Part shown: positions 54,359 to 64,000 of the stretch, one piece after another
Layout of the letters: the number at the start of each line of letters is the position of its first letter
Position numbering within the stretch: the stretch's first letter is position 1
Assembly: GCA_030867685.1 (NCBI GenBank)
Contig: JAQOWU010000007.1
Coordinates: 2,418,001 to 2,482,000, forward strand
Origin: Wickerhamiella versatilis
Lineage: Eukaryota
DNA length: 64,000 nucleotides
Reading direction: 5' to 3'
Notes under the pieces: generated by a model
Databases searched by the model: none
What the model was told of the DNA's origin: nothing
Seen by the model: the letters and a program-made list of their open reading frames with translations, nothing else
Translations under genes and position numbers: made by a program

Positions 54359-55465
54359 TTACGCACCTTCTATTTCATACATCCATTCGACAATCGTGTT
54401 TTCGATTTCTTCAGTTTGGTCTGCGCTCGGGGGATTATGACCACCATCTAAGTATGTTAGATTCAAGTGTGGGGTACGCTCAGCGAGGCCAAGATTCATG
54501 ATGTCCGACTGAATGTAATCCTGTTTCATTTGCCACTCCTTCACTCTGGGCACTGGAAGGTACTGTCGATACATCTTACCAGTCTTGAGTCCCGGAAGCA
54601 GCCGGTTGAAAATATACCATTGATACTTCTGCTCTCCGTGAGCCGTTTCGGTTCTCTTATAGTCTCCGAAATCATATATGAGAGCTCTAGCAACCTCATT
54701 GCCCAATATATCCGCCAGCGCGTCCGCGTCCGAATTATTCAGAGCATGCAGACAATCCTGCAACTTCGTTTCAAAAGTATTTGGCAGGTCGGTGAGGGCA
54801 AGTACCTCAGGAATAATGGGAACTGAGACCTCCTCTTCATAGCTTAGAAGAGTCCATTGCGCCAAGACCTTTGTCAGATTCTGCTGATCATGCACAAGGT
54901 TCTTAGTCTGGTCAATTAGGGCTTGGTATCCCAGATCAAATGATGGACCTCCGATCGCAAATATTGCCGAAATCTTGTCGCTGTCTGGGTACATGCAGCA
55001 ATATTCTGAACCGATAAACACACTCCAAGTACCTCCGTACACACCCACCTTCTTGTTTGGTGCAGCAGCATCAATGACTGCACTCATCTGATTAGCCAAG
55101 TTTGTGATACTGTAATCCCATGGGCCCCACGGTTTTGCAGTGTTTCCAGCCCCATACTGATCGTACATTACCACATGCAAACCTTTCGCCGCCAAGCCTT
55201 CGGCGACAGGAGTATTTGATTCAGCACCTGTGGGCCAACCACCTGTGACTATGACTGTTGGATTCTTAGGATCACCGAATTCATAGTATGCTGTGTTAAG
55301 ACCCTGATATTGGACAAATTTCATAGACGTCGCGTTGCCATGCCCACTGGGCACATCTGTAGTAGACGAGCCTTCAGGGGCTATCTTCGACGCAACAATA
55401 CCGCCGAGCACTCCACGTACAAGCAAACAATATATCAACACTACCAGTGGTGACGCCTGAATCAT
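54359..55465 (-). CDS. Secreted alpha/beta hydrolase fold protein (epoxide-hydrolase-like N-terminal half), copy 1
   Basis: Signal peptide from ATG 55465; YYEFGDPKNPTVIVTGGWP, YDQYGAGNT, AVIDAAAPNKKV, elbow GGTWS, C-terminal LDGGH. Confidence 0.78.
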   Translation of the reverse strand: MIQASPLVVLIYCLLVRGVLGGIVASKIAPEGSSTTDVPSGHGNATSMKFVQYQGLNTAYYEFGDPKNPTVIVTGGWPTGAESNTPVAEGLAAKGLHVVMYDQYGAGNTAKPWGPWDYSITNLANQMSAVIDAAAPNKKVGVYGGTWSVFIGSEYCCMYPDSDKISAIFAIGGPSFDLGYQALIDQTKNLVHDQQNLTKVLAQWTLLSYEEEVSVPIIPEVLALTDLPNTFETKLQDCLHALNNSDADALADILGNEVARALIYDFGDYKRTETAHGEQKYQWYIFNRLLPGLKTGKMYRQYLPVPRVKEWQMKQDYIQSDIMNLGLAERTPHLNLTYLDGGHNPPSADQTEEIENTIVEWMYEIEGA

Positions 55466-55835
55466 TTCCCGCACGTTATGAATTACACTCCCGTATGTTA
55501 TAAAATATGTGGAATCAACTTTTTATTAATCATATAGTCCCATAACGTAACCCCTAACCTGCGGGATAGCGTTATGTAGTATTAGGGTTATCATCCTAAG
55601 GCATTAATTTCGTATTTAATGCGCCAAAACTGGGAATAATAGTATAACCTACATTGTAATTATTTGATCATTTTGGATGCTCCGAAACTTTCACCATTAC
55701 AAGCCGTGCTGGAGTGATCTGCCGTGACGTATGGCGAGAGATCTACCCCAAACTGTCTTACTATACATACTGCATTACTAACAAATACCGTTTTAGGAAT
55801 AGTGTAAGCGAATTTACGAGCGGGGATTATCCATC

Positions 55836-56933
55836 ATGATCCAAACTTCAGTGCTCTTGATATCAGTGTACTCGTTGCTAATACGTGGGGTGCTCGGTGG
55901 CATTGTTGCGTCAAAAATAGCACCTGAAGGTTCGTCTACTACAGATGTCCCAAGCGCGTTTTCTGGTGCTAACTCTGTGAACTATGCCTACTCTCAAGGT
56001 ATTGCGACAGTATACTACGAGTACGGCGATTCTCAAAATCCCACAGTTATCATGACGGGAGGCTGGCCGAATTCGGCTAACATATATAATGGATTTGCGA
56101 ATGAATTGGCTGCAAAAGGTCTACACGTAGTCGTTTACGACAAGCGTGGATTTGGGCAAAGCGATAAACCATGGGGACCGTGGGCTTATAGTCTACCGAA
56201 TTTAGCCGATGAAATGGGGGCTGTTATTGACGCTGCCGCACCCAACAAGAAGGTTGCTGTGTTTGGAGACACGTGGAGTCCCTTTGCAGCTTCAGAATAT
56301 TGTGCCATGTATCCAAACAACGACAAGATTGGTGCCATCTTGTCTATAGGAGTGCCATCCATCGATCTATCTAATCAAGACTTAATTGATCAGACTAGAA
56401 ATCTTGTGAATGATCAGCAGAATCTAACGCGAGTGTTGTCAAGTTGGGCATCGATTGCCTACCAATTTGGAATATCGGTTCCCGTCATTCCAGAGGCAAT
56501 AGAGGAATCCGGTGTCGCGAGTTGGATTGCGGACGATATCCAGAAAGTTTTGAATGCCGCGAATACCTCAGACCAGGCTGTGCTGTCAGAAATACTTGGT
56601 CCTAATCTTGCTGATGGTATCATGGGGATATTGAGTTTGAACCGGGATGACACGAGTCATGGTATGCAAATATACCAATGGTTTGTCACTAATCGATTGA
56701 TTCCCGGAATAATAAGCGGAAAAATGTACCGACAATATCTGCCAGTGGAGAAAGTGAAAGTTTTCGAGCTTTTAGGGGACACTATTGAGAATACTCTTGA
56801 GATCAAAACACTTTCCCAGCGCACGCCCAACTTGAATTTAACCTACCTAAACGGCACTCATTTCAGCTTTGACAGCCCTGAAAACCACCAATACATGATG
56901 GAAACGCTTCTGGAATGGGTACCTAATCTATAA
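55836..56933 (+). CDS. Secreted alpha/beta hydrolase fold protein, copy 2
   Basis: YYEYGDSQNPTVIMTGGWP, YDKRGFGQSDKP, LADEMGAVIDA, elbow GDTWS, LNGTH; head-to-head paralog of copy 1. Confidence 0.8.
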   Translation: MIQTSVLLISVYSLLIRGVLGGIVASKIAPEGSSTTDVPSAFSGANSVNYAYSQGIATVYYEYGDSQNPTVIMTGGWPNSANIYNGFANELAAKGLHVVVYDKRGFGQSDKPWGPWAYSLPNLADEMGAVIDAAAPNKKVAVFGDTWSPFAASEYCAMYPNNDKIGAILSIGVPSIDLSNQDLIDQTRNLVNDQQNLTRVLSSWASIAYQFGISVPVIPEAIEESGVASWIADDIQKVLNAANTSDQAVLSEILGPNLADGIMGILSLNRDDTSHGMQIYQWFVTNRLIPGIISGKMYRQYLPVEKVKVFELLGDTIENTLEIKTLSQRTPNLNLTYLNGTHFSFDSPENHQYMMETLLEWVPNL

Positions 56934-58088
56934 GCACTGACTGAGACTATTCGGACAATATTTTAGCTTAATTGTACAGTATGTATTTCATCAATATTAT
57001 TATCGAATTGCTTTACTACAGACTATTGTTTGGGAAAAGTGTGGCAGTCCACTGTTTTGGTTACAACCGTTACGTATGATGCGATGCGGCGTTATATTTT
57101 CCCCACACTATATAAATTGCTATCGCCAGGATTATTTTACTAAAAATTGACTTGTTATTATTGTAGCTGTAAATATCTTATAAAATACAGGTGTTTATCA
57201 GGGAATGCGATTATACATTTGCAGAATAGCTAAGCTGATTCGAGGAGGGAGGTCATCCATCAGCAGCTATAGAATTAAATCTTAACTTAAGTAGTCTGAA
57301 CTGGGATCAAGTAGATATAGATTTACTCGAAGTTATATTTACTTTCCTTTTTATCTTCTTTATGTATGCTACCCTATTTTTTGAGTTCAAATAAGAATTT
57401 GTTATCATATTCTTAAATTATATGGTATCAATGGAGACCATAAGATGACAAATACAGTCACAGGAAAAGCCAATAAGCGCATGACTAGAGATAAATAGCG
57501 ACGAGTTCAACTGAAATAGAGAGAATGGCAGATATGCAATAGTGCAAGACAATACTGTCCTTCGACTTACAGATGTAAGATCAGTATGATATATCGCTAA
57601 GCTTAGATATAAATTATTGAGTGAATAAAGGGGTATATTAAATGAAAACCAGGAATTTATGCTAAAAACGAGCAATGAAAATTGCCATCTCCTTGAATAT
57701 CTTAAAAACACATTTACCTACCATTTTCTCGTCGAAACTGAATCCATCATCTAATTGGTTGATTTTGAAGTGTAAGTTCTGTGTCCTCAAGATCCATCTT
57801 CGCATTACCCAACCTTACCCTGTCCAGGCCTAGAGGTCTTGAGTAGTAAGATTACTTGAATTACTAGACCGGTTGGTGAAGCAAATGACCTATGTATAAC
57901 ATGTTGTAATCAAGTTTTGTAAATGGTACGGAGATAGTCGTTGACAGAGAACTCGTTAATTTACTTGTGTATAAGTCTAAGATGTATGTAACTATAATAT
58001 AGCAATAATAATATTATTATAATCTATAATGTAGTCTAAATATAAATCACAAACAGATTAGCCATGCAGTAAGCTGATGTTTTCTGTG

Positions 58089-59585
58089 TTACCCTCTTCG
58101 CCGGTTTGACTGCTCACTGATCCGGGAGGCATCTCGAAGAGATAGCATTACTGCAATTCCAGTCATTATAATACCGAATATCGACAGAAAAGTGGTATAA
58201 GTCCAACCGATAAAGTATTCTGGCATGTCTGAGGCCCTCCACGTGTAAATCGGGATGAAGGCGTTTGAGATGTATGCGATATTGTTAGTGATTACGACAA
58301 CAAAACTTCTCTTTGAATCATTGTACCTCAATATCCTGTTTAACCAGGCAAATATCATGGGCTGACCCCATGAGGTCGGGACCCCTGTCAGGAAATAGCA
58401 GAACCAGTGAAGACTTTTAGGGATATTCCAGAGAGCTAAAAGTATACAACCCACGATTTCACAGAAGAAAAATAGAAAGAGGAAGAAGGCATTTAGGCCA
58501 TTAAAAAGATCTGCTGTCCATCCAAATATGCAAGATACTATCATACCGACTATACTTACCGCAGTGGGGTATATATTGTAGCTCTCGGGTGGATATCCTG
58601 TACTTTTCAACCATGACTGGAATGATGGCTGGCTATTGACATTACAGCTATTGTTGAACGCAAGAAAAACAAGGGGAAATACGTATATATGCCATGTGGA
58701 GAAAACTCCATCATTAACGCGAGGTTGATTTTCCTGTATAGCATTATCATCTATTTTCAGTCTGTCGACGGCAAGCTTTCGCTCATCAAAGCTGAAGTAG
58801 CAGGCAGATGTTGTTTCCGGAGTATCAGGATTAGCAACTAAAGTAAAGAGAGCACAAGGAAACGATATGAAAGCATCAAAGGCGAATAACCACTTATAAG
58901 GCAGCATCCCTAGGCGACTGGAGTGCTTCAAGATCGCGGCTTGCATATATCCGGTTAAAATAGATGCTGCTACCCCAGATTGTGCGAAAAGAGTAGACCT
59001 TTTTGTCAATTCAATAGGTGAATACCATGAACCTAAAAGATATGAAGCTGCTGGAAAAAACCCCGCTTCAGAAAGTCCCACTAGAAAACGTATTAGCCCC
59101 ATAGCCCAGAAGTTATTACAGAATACAGTCGCTAAAGTAAGTAAGCACCAGATCAACTCCAGGAGACACAGAAAATAGCGTGCGCGAACTCGTTGCAGAA
59201 TAAGGTTCGAGGGCACCTGGCCAAGTATATATCCAAGGGTCCAGAGTGATTGCAAATAATTCAGTTGTGAGCCTGATAAATTCAGATGCTCCTTCATTCC
59301 ATTCATATAAGCTGTCGTCATATTATTCTGATTAAGATTTTTGATGAAATAGCCAAACATAACAGAAGATAAAAACAGCAAATCAAGCTTTAGCAGAAGT
59401 TTTCTCTCGCAATTTGTTTTTGTGGTTCTATCGTCGGCCTTGATAGCATCATATCCGATACGCTGGTCCTGGAACGTATTGTGACTTCCAGGTGTCGGGG
59501 TGTGGGTTTCGGTTCTCAACAGACGGCTATCCTCGGCGAATTCGATTTGGTCATCACTTAATTTTCTAAATGGTACTGTAACCAT
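58089..59585 (-). CDS. MFS pantothenate/allantoate-family transporter (FEN2/Liz1/SEO1-like)
   Basis: ERKLLLKLD, AYMNGMKE, GQVPSNL, RFLVGLSEAGFFP, LGSWYSPIELTKR; first ATG at 59585. Confidence 0.88.
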   Translation of the reverse strand: MVTVPFRKLSDDQIEFAEDSRLLRTETHTPTPGSHNTFQDQRIGYDAIKADDRTTKTNCERKLLLKLDLLFLSSVMFGYFIKNLNQNNMTTAYMNGMKEHLNLSGSQLNYLQSLWTLGYILGQVPSNLILQRVRARYFLCLLELIWCLLTLATVFCNNFWAMGLIRFLVGLSEAGFFPAASYLLGSWYSPIELTKRSTLFAQSGVAASILTGYMQAAILKHSSRLGMLPYKWLFAFDAFISFPCALFTLVANPDTPETTSACYFSFDERKLAVDRLKIDDNAIQENQPRVNDGVFSTWHIYVFPLVFLAFNNSCNVNSQPSFQSWLKSTGYPPESYNIYPTAVSIVGMIVSCIFGWTADLFNGLNAFFLFLFFFCEIVGCILLALWNIPKSLHWFCYFLTGVPTSWGQPMIFAWLNRILRYNDSKRSFVVVITNNIAYISNAFIPIYTWRASDMPEYFIGWTYTTFLSIFGIIMTGIAVMLSLRDASRISEQSNRRRG

Positions 59586-59795
59586 GTCAAATGGCGTAGT
59601 TAGTTCGCTGGGACTTTTCTTGTTCAATGTGGCGGAGACACCACAGCTGCGACCTTTGTGTACCACGCGAGATAAACCACGTCGAACAAAAAAAATGTCT
59701 TGTGCTTTTTCACACCACTAAACTTGGTATTATTAGTCTCTCTTTTCATTACAATTTGAATTGATCTTCCGCTTTAATTCTTGCATTACATGCTA

Positions 59796-59803
59796 TCACG
59801 TGA
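59796..59803. promoter_or_regulatory. TCACGTGA E-box (Cbf1-like) upstream of the FEN2/SEO1-like permease
   Basis: Exact palindrome about 210 bp upstream of the ATG. Confidence 0.35.
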
Positions 59804-61087
59804 AGTGAGGCACCACCGGCTAGTCTCAGTTGGTGAAGTGGGGCACCTCATATCTTATCAAAGTTGAGCACAGACGACTTCTTAACTGCGAAGATGTTTA
59901 TGAAGACTTAAATTATGATATATGAATATATGATTCAAGTCACCGCCAAAAAAATGAATTTAGATGACACTAGTCATATGTATAAGAAGTTGGATTTGAA
60001 TATGTGACATGCCGGTGTACACTCGTAGAACGAATTGCGGACAATTGCTTTTCTTACTTTTGTGATAATTCTTGTTCGCTACCCGGTGATCATCACTTTA
60101 TCACAAGCTTCTTGGTTAGCATTAGTGTGTAGAGATATCCCGTAAAAGAAAATTGAATAAATAAGTCTGGGGACTATGTTTAATGAATAGAATCCCCAAG
60201 CAAAGAGTATCAAGTACTCATACAGGGAGCCTTCATGGTCACGGGACGCTCTCGTCTGAATGTCGATCGGGCTGGAAAAACAAACGGTCCTATGATCCCC
60301 AGAGAGATATAGAAAAGCGTAACATAGCTGCTCGCTTTATGGATTGGCATTGAAGCCGTCATCCTCGACGCCCGCTTGCACTATAGAGACGCGAGATCAT
60401 ACTTATAAAACCTGTCGTACTTATACGGTTCAGTGTTTAGGGTATCAAATCTTTTGTTAGTAATGACCTGTCCATACCTCGTGATATCACGCATTCAGGG
60501 CACATTGCATGCAGTAGTAAGCAGCATATGCTATAGACAAGCGCGTTAATTAGAAGTGCGTGCTGGACATTGTTATAACCATTAATCCCTGCAGATTAAT
60601 TTATGTCCGGTGCATTTCCTGGAGGGTCAAGACTATTCATGTTCCTATTCAAAGCAAAATCTAAGTGTGCTCCTGACAATTTCTCGCGAAGAAAGGCCTT
60701 CAAGATCGTGGATAGATAAAAATCTCTAGGCAGTGGATTGCTTATTTGTCACAGTTAGGTACCTTTGTACTTGAAATTCTTATCGTCCTTTTGTAGAATC
60801 AATGATTGACGCTGGTCATCTTGTGTCCAGACATAATGAATAATTTTCAAGACTCCTCAGATCGTTTAGCACAAATTAGGTAGCATAAAGTCACCTTTTT
60901 CATATGATGGCTGATATTGTATGTCTAGGTACTTTATTCTTTCGATATTTAGTGTCACAACCGAGATACCGAAAGCATAAAAGTTATCTAAGGTTCAGTA
61001 AAGAAATTTGGCCTTGGCTGCTAGCAATTTTATAAATACACTCAAAATAATAGCTTTGTCCTATAAATATACGTATTTCAAGTATGA

Positions 61088-62893
61088 TCACTCAATTATT
61101 TCTACAGAACCATGCTTGGAATACTCTCCACGCCCCCGTAGCTTGTCAAAATTCGGTGTCAATCCCGACAGTACACCCGAGGGGATTACCTCAGAGTCGT
61201 GTACCCATCTTCGCCAGAATATCGAAGTAGCCTCTGCTTTTCGGTGAATGGTACCACGAACGGCCTTAACGACATGATTGGGCTCTTTCTTGTGCAAAGC
61301 AGCCTCTGGATTCTTAGGAACATGAACGATTTTATTTCGAGACCATCCATTAATATCGGTATGGGTTTCTGTTTTTACAACATAACCTCGAAGATATGGC
61401 CAGATCTTGAATGCAAAGAGCCACCAGATACCGCCGGCAACGAGAAGCCCAATTCCCACGACACAGTGGAGATAGTAAGGCAAGGTCTTGTATGTGTTTT
61501 CGCTGGGGGTATCAGGTGGAATAAACGGAGCAATAATAAGATATAAGTTTGCCAGGAAAAAGAAAACTGCTACTGGTAGAGTTGCCTTGATTGATGGGTT
61601 CCAATCTGGGTAGTGCTTCTTTCCTCTCACGTAAATTATAATGAGAGCCAGCGCCAAAAACATATTCATCACTGACCCAGGATAAGTAGATAAGTTCACC
61701 AGAAAGTCATAAGAATCTCCTTGAGGAGGTGCAAGTAGAATGATCGTGGTTACAATGTATTGCTGGGTTAAGGCACCAAAGGGACTATCAAAAGGCAAAG
61801 AACTACTAATCAACGATGAAAAAGGAAGAATCCCTTCTTTCGCAAATTCTTGAATAAGACGTGATTGTGTAAATAGCACGGCCATGACATTACCTGCCGC
61901 AGATAGACTAACGAACACAGAGACAGCCTTTCTAGCACTCTCGCCCCAAAGCCTGGCGAAGAATTCTGAGGCCACAATAACACCAAGACTGCCAAATTCA
62001 TCAGGAGATACAACTCCTAAGTATGATATGTTCGCGAGAATATATAAAATTGATACTCCAATTAAGGCAGCAGGTGCTGCAAACTTCAATACCCTTTGCG
62101 GATTCCTAGTTTCAGCCAAGGCATAATTAGCATTATTGTACCCTGCATATGAAAATACGACATTGTAAAGACTCGTCACAGCACCATAGCTAGACGACTT
62201 CCCAGCAAAACTATGTCTGAATGAATGTGTTGGTTTAACATTGGCCCCACCAGCCCATCCAACCCATCCTCCTACGATAATGAGTAGCAAGATAACAACC
62301 TTGAAAATACCAAGTGTATTCTGGAGCCGCAGGGCGTGCTTCCCACCTACTGAATGTGCCAAATATGCGAATGAAAGACAACCGAATCCGATTAACTTGG
62401 CATTCATACCTCTATCATCCACTTTAATCCCCGCAGCCTCACAAATATAGCTACCAAATGCAGAAGAGTTCGCCCCATTGCCTAACAGAAAGAGATAAAG
62501 ACAATACATCGAAATCGCAAGTAAAGCTGGACGGCAATAGACGTAATTGAGATAGTGTTTCTCTCCCCCGTTTCCTGGAAGCATTGTTCCAAACTCAAGA
62601 TACACCATCAGACCACTCATACTGATGAGTGCTCCTATGGCCCAAAATATAAGAGCTAGGCCAGGTGATCCAGCAAGTTTGACAATCGACGATGGTGTGG
62701 AGAATATTCCAGTTCCAATCATCTTATTCAAGATAAGAAACACCGCACTCGTGGTACCAATATCACGGCGATGTTCTTTCTTTGACTCAGTGCTTGTGCT
62801 CACAATATCCTCATGCAACCCTTTTTCATGACTCTCGTCACTTGATCTAAGGTCTGTGTGAAGAGAGCTTTCGACGTATTCGCTCTCCCCCAT
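61088..62893 (-). CDS. MUP1: High-affinity methionine permease (LAT/APC family)
   Basis: NKMIGTGIFSTPS, YLEFGTMLPGNGGEKHYL, SYAGYNNANYALAE, LSAAGNV, APPQGDSYDFLVNL, LIIAPFIPP. Confidence 0.9.
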   Translation of the reverse strand: MGESEYVESSLHTDLRSSDESHEKGLHEDIVSTSTESKKEHRRDIGTTSAVFLILNKMIGTGIFSTPSSIVKLAGSPGLALIFWAIGALISMSGLMVYLEFGTMLPGNGGEKHYLNYVYCRPALLAISMYCLYLFLLGNGANSSAFGSYICEAAGIKVDDRGMNAKLIGFGCLSFAYLAHSVGGKHALRLQNTLGIFKVVILLLIIVGGWVGWAGGANVKPTHSFRHSFAGKSSSYGAVTSLYNVVFSYAGYNNANYALAETRNPQRVLKFAAPAALIGVSILYILANISYLGVVSPDEFGSLGVIVASEFFARLWGESARKAVSVFVSLSAAGNVMAVLFTQSRLIQEFAKEGILPFSSLISSSLPFDSPFGALTQQYIVTTIILLAPPQGDSYDFLVNLSTYPGSVMNMFLALALIIIYVRGKKHYPDWNPSIKATLPVAVFFFLANLYLIIAPFIPPDTPSENTYKTLPYYLHCVVGIGLLVAGGIWWLFAFKIWPYLRGYVVKTETHTDINGWSRNKIVHVPKNPEAALHKKEPNHVVKAVRGTIHRKAEATSIFWRRWVHDSEVIPSGVLSGLTPNFDKLRGRGEYSKHGSVEIIE

Positions 62894-63141
62894 TATTTTA
62901 ACACCGCTTGAATCTCTGAGTGATATTAATGCGTCTTTAACTTTTTATATTAATCACTCTCATAATACCCTAACATCTATATATTTTTCATAATGTTGAG
63001 GAACGACTGCCTGCGATCATTTCACTAACTATCATGTAAGACTGAAATAATTATCCCGCTATAAAGATCCTTTTCCTTAATACTTGAGGAATTGAAGACT
63101 ACCGCTCACCGAAATTCTAGAAAAGATAGGTTCGATCATCA

Positions 63142-63148
63142 CACGTGA
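63142..63148 (-). promoter_or_regulatory. TCACGTG (Cbf1-like) site upstream of MUP1
   Basis: CACGTGA on the plus strand, about 250 bp upstream of the MUP1 ATG. Confidence 0.35.
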
Positions 63149-64000
63149 GCTAGCCTAATTACCGTACCCTTAGTGAGAGGCAGCAGTGAGCTCAATCTCT
63201 TTAATGGGTCTCGAATACTTAACTAAATCTCGGTAGAAACAGCCGTGGACCATCCGACACTATTGAGCAGATTTGTTGAAAATTGTCATTCTGTATAGCC
63301 ACTCTCTTCATTCCCCGCACTACTTCCAATTTGATGTAATCTGATTATGGATACTTTACTGTCATCACTCCTCACGAGGCAAAGAAAAATAATTATCTTC
63401 AAAAAAAGTCTTTACGGAATACCTTCGGTAAAGTACGCCGAGTTTTAGCCTTGTGAGCCGATTCCAGAACAGCAAGCTCTATCGTGCTGAAGGAAAACTC
63501 TGGTTTAACAAGAATAACATAACCTTCCGTATCATTATATGTTGAACTAACTTCCTCGGGGATATGATACAACTGCGATAAAAACTTATCTCAAGTGACA
63601 TAAGATGCATTTCCAACGCTTCCATCTAACTAGCTCAATCTAATTCTCAAAAGTTTCGCGCTGAGAGAGATATTGTATCACATGCTGCCTGGATTCCGAA
63701 AAGACAGAAAAACATCTGGATTGAACTGGCACTACACCCCGATATAGCACGAGCTGCATAGTCATGAGACAGGTTAGAAATAATATTGTGCCGGTCTGGA
63801 TCGGCTTGAGACATCTCGAAATCTGTACGTGACTCTTTAATTGACTGGTATATACCCCAAACGTATGTGAAAGAAAATGTCATGACATTGTGCCATAGAA
63901 ATGTTCGGAGCCCATTATGAGGTTGGTTGATCTGTATGTGTCGACATAAAAAAATAGATTAGAGTTCATGTTCGAAGCTGCATAGATCAAGTTATATGTG

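Noticed and set aside
57418-57711. 97-aa hydrophobic minus-strand ORF
   Set aside because: AT-rich intergenic composition, no motif, probably spurious.
59850-61000. Possible transposon or LTR remnant in long intergenic stretches (also 48800-50100 and 63300-64000)
   Set aside because: I could not identify terminal repeats, target-site duplications or transposase/RT motifs.

Overview
Eukaryotic, intron-free, yeast-like genomic DNA with a 100-N scaffold gap at 6955-7054. Compact intronless genes mixed with bacterial-type and basidiomycete-type enzymes suggest a Saccharomycotina yeast, possibly the HGT-rich Wickerhamiella/Starmerella clade; this is inference only. The window looks like an accessory or subtelomere-like region with about 33 genes. 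In order: (i) the 5' end of a GH20 hexosaminidase; (ii) two bacterial-type sarcosine/N-methyltryptophan oxidases flanking a DAL5-family permease; (iii) a tandem array of an unrecognised six-cysteine secreted protein family, with a diverged fourth member at 48 kb; (iv) a chimeric YncE-like beta-propeller fused to a Sed1/Ccw12-type GPI cell-wall tail, plus a pseudogenised copy of its 5' end; (v) a Zn2Cys6 TF / DUF1772 x2 / AMID-like oxidoreductase mini-cluster sharing a GTGCCGGWCCGARG promoter motif; (vi) Nramp, ABCB, TesB and MCT genes; (vii) a 13-kb island of small secreted wall- and lipid-active proteins (SMG1-like lipase, GH93-like, GH128, SGNH esterase, two DPBB/loosenin-like proteins, GH18 chitinase, six-Cys protein), six of whose upstream regions share a CCTACCCTA/TAGGGTAGG motif; (viii) a GFA/ALDH pair, a head-to-head pair of secreted alpha/beta hydrolases with a non-canonical nucleophile elbow, and FEN2-like and MUP1-like permeases. 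The best candidate for an undescribed system is the motif-linked secreted-protein island. All family calls come from motif recognition by eye; no searches were run.
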